Virus record (IMG/VR): IMGVR_UViG_651324002_000003 | Location: 1 to 19,933 of that record | DNA from: a virus | Taxonomy: Duplodnaviria > Heunggongvirae > Uroviricota > Caudoviricetes | Length of the DNA: 19,933 nucleotides | Strand: one strand, 5' to 3' | Shown here: one piece after another, positions 5,268 to 14,200 of the stretch | Layout: each line of letters opens with the position of its first letter | Numbering within the stretch: position 1 is the stretch's first letter | Made by a program: the position numbers and the translations under genes | Notes under the pieces: generated by a model | The model's input: the letters and a program-made list of their open reading frames with translations, nothing else | Told to the model about the DNA's origin: nothing | The model's database searches: none

Positions 5268-8200
5268 CGTTTTTTATTAGGAAGATCGACATTCCAAGGG
5301 ATTGTCACCTTTTCAGTTCCGGAACTTGTTTTACGTGACCTAAACCCGCCCAGCAATACCGTCTTGTAATACCGCTCTGCCTTTAATAATTCGGCTTTAT
5401 CCTCACCAGACAACCCCTGTAAGAACTTCTTTCTCTGATCCCTTGTGAGTCCGGCCAATGGGGACATATTAGCCAGGGCAGTAGCAAGGCTCTGTTTCGT
5501 GCCTCCCAGTGCCTTATACTCCATCAGGTACTTTGCGGCTATCTTCTTATCACCATATCGCAGAGCCATCTTGTAGTTTCGGATTGCTTCTGACTGGTCA
5601 GACATATAGTCTCCATCGCCGCCCTTGCCAATGCTCTTTAAAAAACGATTCTTTTCCTCCATGATGTTGTAATAGGCCGTCTTATCAGGCTCAGTTTTAT
5701 AGAGTAGAAACTTCATTACGTCATATCGAGGATGCGGCTTATCGGCGGCCAAACGATATTCGTCTCCCAGCCCAAAGCTATCAAAAATGTACTCTGGATA
5801 ATCGCGAATCCGCCGGGGCTTAAAGACATCTGGGAACAGCCGGCGCCCGATCAACAATTCGCCCGTGGTTTTAATGGTTGGCGTAATGCCCTGGACGAAC
5901 TTATTGACCGGATTCTTAACCATGTCACCGGCAATCTCCGCAATTGTCTTTTTGCCATTCAGATAGTCTGTAACGGTCTTAACCGGTGTGTCCAGTCCAA
6001 ACCATTCAAGGAAATCAGCGAATGCCCCGAGGCGATTGAAGTACATTACCTTGCCATCAGCATCGCGGCCGAGAATGATATGCGGCTGCCCAGCTATATT
6101 TGGAGGAAGTTCTTTTTCCTCATCCGGCCAGAGCGCGAAATTATACATCTGCAGAAGAATCCACATCCCAGTAGCCTTTACTGCAAACTCCCCGACCTGA
6201 ACCGCCAGGTACGGAGAGTAAACAGCCGCTTTCGTCAAGAGCCTCTTGCCGACTGTTTTCGCGATACCTTCATTGGACGCGCAGTTCCGGAACAGGTTAA
6301 TATAGCGTTTTGCGTTGACCTCTGTCCAAGACCAGAAAGGAATGAGATGTTTTCGCAGTTCCTTGCCGGCAACGGAAACAGCATTGTAATCTCCAAGGAG
6401 TTCGTTGGCCAACTTGAAAGCCTTGTCCCGATTGTCCGATAGAGCCATAACCTCTTCTGACATGCTTGCCCCGAAGTTTTTCGGCCTGCCTTTATTGCTC
6501 TCTATTTGCTCAAGATATTCAAGATAATTCGCGTATCTGAGCAGTGCCTCCCGCAAATCCGTAACCTTCCGGGCACGGCCCCAGTATCCATCCCATACCT
6601 TCGCCGCACCGGTTTTTAATGCGTTTTCCAGACCATCCTTTTGCTCACTGAACCGGATAAACAACTTCAACTTATTGATATCGCCAATTTCCTGCACTTG
6701 CAGAAGGGTCTGCATTCCGCCACGTTCGAACCACTCCCGCAGTTCGTTCGTCATTTCGCCGTCTCCATAGAAGTACCGATTCAGGTCCTTCATAGATTGG
6801 CTTACCTTTCGCAAGGAAGATGGATTCCCGGCTAATACCGCGTCTAAGTCGCTCGTCATATTTCTCAAATTATACTTAATGATCCGGGACGGACTGGTTA
6901 ACTGCCATATTTTCCATGGAGTAATCACATATTGGGACCATTTGGTTCCCGTGTCATTCACGAAATCAGGCGTCATTTTCTCCAATGTAGCCGCAATTTC
7001 TTCTTTGACAATATACCCTTCACGCCGGCCGCCTATAATCAGAGCGGTTTTCAATTGTTCGGGAGATACGCCCAGGGAATTGAGCGATTCACTCATCAGT
7101 TTTTCAACCATCTGTTCTGGGACGGTACGGGCCCGGAAGAATACATTTCCCTCTCTCGGCCGCCATTCAGAATATCCTTCGGGGATCAAATCGCGCCAGG
7201 TAACATACCGCTCGCCAAGAGCACCCCGGACGAACTGTTTCTTGTCCTGTATCCCCCGGAACAGCATTGCGGCGGCTCCACTGCCAGGCTTTCCGCCCTG
7301 CTCTTTCAGCAAGTAGGCGGCATATTCCATGAGCTTGGCGTGATTTTGCTCCTGATCCTGGAGTTTGTCTGCAACGGCATCCTCCATCCCCTGTGCATCC
7401 GATGATTCCTTACGGGCAAAGTATTCCTGCGCCAGATTTTCAACAACGTCCTGATACTTATTATTCGGCCCATATGGCAATTCATCTTTTGCCGCCAGTT
7501 CGCTCAATTTCGCGAAAGCCATAGCCTGCTTGCGGTTCAACGTTTGCTTATACATTTTCCGCGCCATGGATTCGACGGTCATATCATCGCTCACAATGCC
7601 AAACTCTTCAACCATATCACGGAATACCTGCATGACATTCTGGTCATTCATCGTGAGTGCTTCGGCCTTCAGCCGGTCGATGATGTTGTATTGATCATCC
7701 ACCAACTTGATCGTCTTGGCTACCTCCATGTCATACAGCATGTCACGCATGACTTCGAATTCGGCTTCCATATAATTTAGGTTGATATCCTTTTCGCTGC
7801 CTTCACGGCGTCTGAGCCATCCCCTATTCGTCGGCGCCTTCAGCTTTTGGCCAATACCGGCTATTCTCTTCTGATCCATGTACGCCAACACCTGGTGTCG
7901 GTAGTAATCTTCCCGGGCGAATTTGTTCTCCACATTGAAGCCGATTTTTTTCATGACGGCAATGTACCTGTCCTTAATGTCAGACCAAACTTCTTTCCGT
8001 TGTTCTACTGCCTTTGTGACATTGGGATAGTTGGCGGCAATATGCTCATCAAGCCGTTCCTGTTCAACCGGTAACGTTTCCTTGGTCAGTCCAAACGGTA
8101 GCGATCCTTCTTCATGTTGCAGATCATCCAATAGGACTTTCAGCGAAAAGTGGTAGTATTCGTCCTTGGACAGATTCTTCGTGATATCGTCGAGTATCCT

Positions 8201-11200
8201 GATGACTTTGTCGTTGGCTACCCCTTTTTGCTGCTGTAGCTTCTGCAGAGCAAAGCGAATTTCGGAGAACTCAGCGGTATGCGGCATATGCTCATACTCC
8301 CGGCCAAATTTGCGTTTTAACAAGTCCCACGCGCTCTTTAGGCTATCTTTAATACTGGTGGACTCTTTGGCACCAATAACGCCCTGCATGGCCTTTTCCG
8401 CCCGTCTTTGTGTCTCCTCGTTTTGGAATGTGAACCTATCACCGGCGACCGGCTTTTTCTGGATCGGTTCCTTTTGTGGAGTCGGCTTAGTGTAAATGAT
8501 TGTCCCGTCCGGCTTTTCTTCGCGGGTCCAGTTGCGCTCATTCAGCGCCTGGATAAGCTTTTTATAGTTATCGCCTTTCTGGGTGACTTTGGAGAAGGTC
8601 AGTTTGTCCGGAAGTTGCGCGTCTTTTGAGAAGCGAACCTTATCAGCATCTATCAATAATTTATATCCACGTTTTCTGACCTGCTGCTCCAGCATATTCA
8701 TATCATCGAACTTTTGACGAACATAGTCTCTGCTTTCGCGGAGGGTGATCGGGTCATATCCTTCGGCAGCGTTATCCGCGTCCGACCATACACCATTCGG
8801 GTCAATTTGTTCTAACAGATCAATAAGGGTTTCTCTCGAAAAGGTATTGATATTGTCCATAATTTCTTTGGGTGTATAGCTCTGTTTTGAGCGTTGAGGC
8901 TGACCGCCGCCGGAGTAACGAATGTCTGGATTGCTGCTATCAAATGTACCGATGTTATCAGTGGCAGACTTAATTTGATTGGAATAAAAAGCAATATATG
9001 TGTCCCCGCCGTCTTGCCCTTTTATAATAGCTCCATCAAACCCGGCCTCTTTAGCTTGTTTTAAATCAAATCCTTCGCCATTTTGCCATTGCTTATTGGT
9101 ATAGCGGTATGGATTTTTAATGTTCAAATACGCAGGAATGATGTTGCCATATTCTTTGGCAGTATCCCTGTTAGTAGTGAAGAAGAATCCGTCCTCACTT
9201 TCTATCTTTTGTGGATCGAAAGTAGAGAATGATTGTTTTGTACCGTGGTAGACAATGAGCGGCATACCCTGTTTGTCAACAACGGCCGAACTCTTCCCAT
9301 AATTTGTGCCAGTAGGCGGCTTGACGAGATTCAACAAATCTGCTACTGTATTAGCAGAAACACCGTTGGTTTTCTCACTTAATCCTGGGGCAGATTTATT
9401 CCGGCCCAGGACATGAGAATCCAGCGGTGTAATTTTTATGGCATTCAGATGATAAGCCTGTTTTCCTTTTAATGTTTCTTTCACTGTTAGCTCAGTTAAA
9501 TAATCATTGTTGCCAATTGAAAGCGGAGCGACAAAGGTGTGTACAAATGGAACTTCTGGCACATCATGCCTATTGGTTTCAGTAGAAACTAATATGGCAT
9601 TTTCAACAATATCAGGAATGGAAGCAATGGCCTTGACGGAATCGATTTTCCCGTTTGTGATGGCATAATAAGACGTTTCATTCAGCACTGCTTTTGAAAT
9701 ATTAATATCCCATCCAGTATCTTTATTTTTTCGTTCTCCACGAAATTCAGGCTGTTTCTTGGCCCATGCCGTCGCTTCTTTAGCAGCAGCTTTTACATTT
9801 TTAGACTGGGTTGCCTCTGTTCCCGTGATAGTGGTAATGGGAACATGGGTCTGATCGTTAACGCGCCAATCACCAAACCAACTGCGGAAGAACGGCGACT
9901 TAACTCCGACAGTATCCCAGAAGTGCTCGGCCCACGACCGTACCCAGGACTCTTTAAGCATCTCGGCAGGAATCCCCGCAATATTGACATGCTTTACACC
10001 CTTCGGCGCCGGTGCAAACTTTTTATCTTGTGAAGCAGCAGTTTTACCTGCCGTGCCAACCTCATAGCCACTGTCCTTTAGCGACCTAATAACAATATCC
10101 GGCAGCACTGCCTCAATTTCCGAAATTTGCTCCCGAGTTAAGCCGCTATTTCTGTATGAACGTTTCCCGGTCAGAAACTGCAACCATTCTTGCACCGATT
10201 GAACAATACGCTTAAACAGCGCCGGCGACTTCTTCTGTATTTTTTCCCACAGTGATTCACTGCCGAAGCCGTTACCAACTTCATCGCCTATCATTTCCTC
10301 AATGACAGCTTCCCGGTCCATCGCTTTACCGCGCTCTCCCAGACGCCGGCGGTATGCATCAACTTGCGCGTCCGTAACCTTGCTGACCGCTGACCGCATC
10401 GCCTTATACACACCGGGGCGATTTTCGGCTAACCAGTGAGTAAATTCATGGCCCAGCGTCCATTCCAGCGACAGATTGCCGTTACGGTTTAAATACAGTG
10501 TGCCATCCATGTAAAAACCACGCAGGGAAGTATCTGCGTGGTCTATTATTTCGGCCTTGGCGCCTAAATTATTAGCAAGGTCTATGATCCGCTGTTCGTT
10601 CGTGGTTGGGTCAACACTTTCTGCATTGTCGATGATCCCGGCGTCGCTGGAGAACTTAGCTTCGCGTAAGGCGCTGCTGGATTCTTCGATAAATGCCTTC
10701 CGGTCTGCATCCGTGTTAAAGGCGAACCCCTTGACGGCATCCCCTTTTTCCCAGCTATTCCACCATCCATCATGTCTTTTTGCAATATTCATGTGCTGAT
10801 CAAAGTTGTCTCGCAGATACTTCTTCGCTTTGGCGATATAGATCAGATTTTTATTTTTCGTATGGCGGAATTCATGTTTTGAATAATTATCTTCCTGCGT
10901 TGCTTCTTCCGTTGCGCTTTCGGTTTCACGGGATTGGCTGGAGATTGGCGAGGTTGCAGACCGCGCCGATTGAACCTGAAGCCTGTCGGGGAGAGAAATG
11001 GTTTCGATCCGGTCAAATAATTCTCCGATTGTTTCGGCATCGGACAAATCAATATGACGATTGTCTATCTCTTCCGTGCCGGCAGCATCTATATGTTTTT
11101 CAATGACAACAATCTTGGTTCGCACTCCTGTGCCGGCTCTTTCAAACGTAACGGACGGTAATTTGATTTCAGCAACCGGATAGGCGCCGGTTGCCTCTTC

Positions 11201-14200
11201 GGAGTCATACCATGCATTCAGCCGTTTATCTGCCAGGCCGCCATCAGGAAGAAGCGCAACGATCCTGCCGCCGTCGTAAAGATGTTTATACGCCTTCCCT
11301 AAATGCTCTATAGCGGTTTTCCCGCCATGGCCATAGGGAGGGTTCATAACCACTGCATTAAATTTATTGATAATATGATAGTCTTCAAACCGGTTGGATA
11401 CCAGTTTTGCCGGGCTGACCATCACTGCACGGGGCCCCAATTGCAGGCTCGGTTCAATCATCACGTGATCTGCATGGCCTGGGAAGAACCTGGCAATAGC
11501 TCCATGTCCCGCAGAAGGTTCCATGGCCCGTTCCCCGGGCTTCATGTTCGCCCATTCCACCATTTTATATCCAATAGGTTCCGGCGTCGCATAGTAATCA
11601 TTGCCTTCTGCCGACTTGTTTTGACTGGTCTTCTTCTGCTGAGAGAAATAATAGGATTTTGCCCGTTGGAATTCCGTCATCTCCCGCCGATTTGCCCGGT
11701 CTTTTGCTTTTCCGCCCGTTCCTTCGGCGTCCATCCCAGCCGGAAATTCCCCGCTCATTTCGTAGGCTTCAATGAACGAATCCTTTAGCCTCCGCGCCTC
11801 ACCGCCAAGCGCCAGGTTCTCTGCCGTAGACGCACGTTCTGCAATTTTAGTGGCAAAGGCAAGGCGTTCAAAGGTGGTTCCAGTATTCAGATAGCGGAAT
11901 ATGGCATCCGACATCTGACCCGTTCGATAGATACGGCCCTCAATTTGAATAGCCGCCGTAGGACGGACCGGCATGCCCAGGTTGATCAAGACCCGTTGGT
12001 GTTTGCCTGTCCGGTCATGCAGGCTGATCCCTTCCCGGCCGGCATCAGATTGCACTACGATAAGGTCCTTACCACTGTCATCATCATTGAATAAATCGAC
12101 GTTCTTGCCGCGCACCTTCTTGGGAATTGTGCCATTAAAGAACATAGCATCTTCGCCGAATGACTGTTTCACCTGTTCTATCGGCGACAGCAATTCAGAA
12201 AGGTCCAATTTGAGCAAATCCGGGCGCTTGGCAGTAAATTCATGATACAAACTCCGAAGGTCTTCGGGGATGAATTCCGGCCTGAACGGATGGAATCCAC
12301 CGCCCTTGTTGAAGTCATGAAACAACACTACCTTTTTACCCTGTTTCAGGTAATCCTTGACCAATCCTACCGCATGTTTGGCCTTAATGGACTCCAGAAG
12401 ATACATCTTTTGATGATAAGCAAACTGGTCGTCGATGAAATCATACAGAGGGCTATACTTTCTGTCTTCTGCCTCCCACAGCCAATTCAATCCTTCATCG
12501 ATCTTGCCGCCTATGGCATCATTGACCAGTACAAAGTTACGGTCATAGTCTTTATCCACCGTCAGCATCCGGCCGGACAATACGCCCTGGCCTCTCAGCC
12601 ACTCGTGGAATTGCTGTTCCATAATCTCATTATCCACATTGGCATCCGGAGATGTTAACCTGTTATAGCGCATCCGATAGCCGAAGTGGGTAATGAAGAA
12701 ATTCTCCCGGGAGTCCGGTTGATTATACCCGCGGTATTCGTCCGTATCCTGACCATAACCAAACAGGTATCCCTCGGCATATTCGACGTTTTTTACATAG
12801 GCGAAAGGAGTCGCCGACAGGAAAACCACTCTGCTTCGTTTCTCTGGAGGAACAGCGTCCCACTCTTCATACCGTTCTTTGCGCAGATTCTCAATACCAG
12901 TGGATAAGTCCCTGGATTTTTTCTCCAGAGCATCATACTGTTCCCGTTCCTCTTTCGTTCCGGGCTTAAAGTTTCTAAGTTCTTCATAGGCGCTGCGTTC
13001 TTTTTCAACCAAATCCCGTTCAAGGTCATCAAATCGCTGACGATACCCATTGCGATGAAGGGTAATAGCTCGGAGCGCAGACGCTGCACCGGTGATATCC
13101 CCTTGTTCGCTACTGGACAGGTAATGGGACTCATCGGGAACAACTAGGTCCCAATGCCGTTTCGCCAATTCTTGGTTTTGCCCCAGGTTAGCATAAGTGG
13201 TTATGACAATACCCTTGCCGGCGCTCTTGGTATCCTCAAGTTTTGTGATATCCAATCCCATGTTCTTCCCGGCATCAATCCACCCAGCAATGATTTTATC
13301 GTTAGGGGCAACAATGAGAATATTGTTTTTTCCCTGTCTGGCAAAGCGCTTCACAATGCCAATTCCGGTAAAGGTTTTCCCCGTACCAGTCCCGTTGGTA
13401 AACAATACGCCATAGCCGTCGGGCTTCGAAAACCTTTCTTCCGCAAACAGGACATCGTTCTGTTGTTCAGGCATTAAAAAAGGCAGCGTTTTCCGGATGT
13501 TCTCCAGGTTCGCCACCTTTACTGGTATGGATTCAGCTTTTTTCTGTGCCTCTAGTTTGGAAGCTAAGGATGTTCCGCCGGTTTCAGTTTCGGTTCGGTC
13601 TGCAGCAATTGCAGCAAGTCCTTTTGTTGCTGACGGGTCAGATTGTACTCCTTCGTCGCTAAATAGGCTGCTTCCTCCAGGGAGTTCACTTCCGGCAGCA
13701 CGTTCCTGATCCACGGCCGTTCCGCCGCGTACTCCCTGATTCCTTTCGCTTCCGCCACGAGCGGCGCCACCAGAAGGAACCCGTCTATTACCCGGCTGTC
13801 GATCCCCTGTTTCTCCAGTCTCTTCGCTTCCTTGTCCATCGCCTCGGCGATTTCCTGCTGATTCATTGCGAAGTACTTCTGGCCCCACCCCGTCTCGATT
13901 GGGCACAGTTGCGTTATCTCGTTCCAGATTCTCGCGGCCACGTTCACCATACTGACTCCCTCCCTCGAATCCCGGCCATTCAGAAACGCCGGAAAATGCT
14001 GCTTTTACCATGGGGACAAAATCTGCCCCCAGATCCTCTTGTATCCGCTGCTCCATCCCAGTCTGATTCGTAACCCCGTCCTGATAGAGGATTCCCGCAT
14101 ATTCAAACAAAGAGTTGGCTACCCGATCATTATATTTGACATCTTCCGGCCACGCCGTGATGGAATTCCAAACGCTTTTCAGATAAGGCCGGATTCTTTC

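Noticed and set aside
8338-13143. Other same-strand +1-frame ORFs inside the giant gene (8338..8541, 8812..8994, 9793..9990, 10582..10785, 10843..11052, 12793..13143)
   Set aside because: No convincing SD (9990 has only a weak AAGGGTG), shadow-like composition, and mostly overlapping regions where the giant frame is clearly constrained. Open +1 frames arise readily from codon bias.
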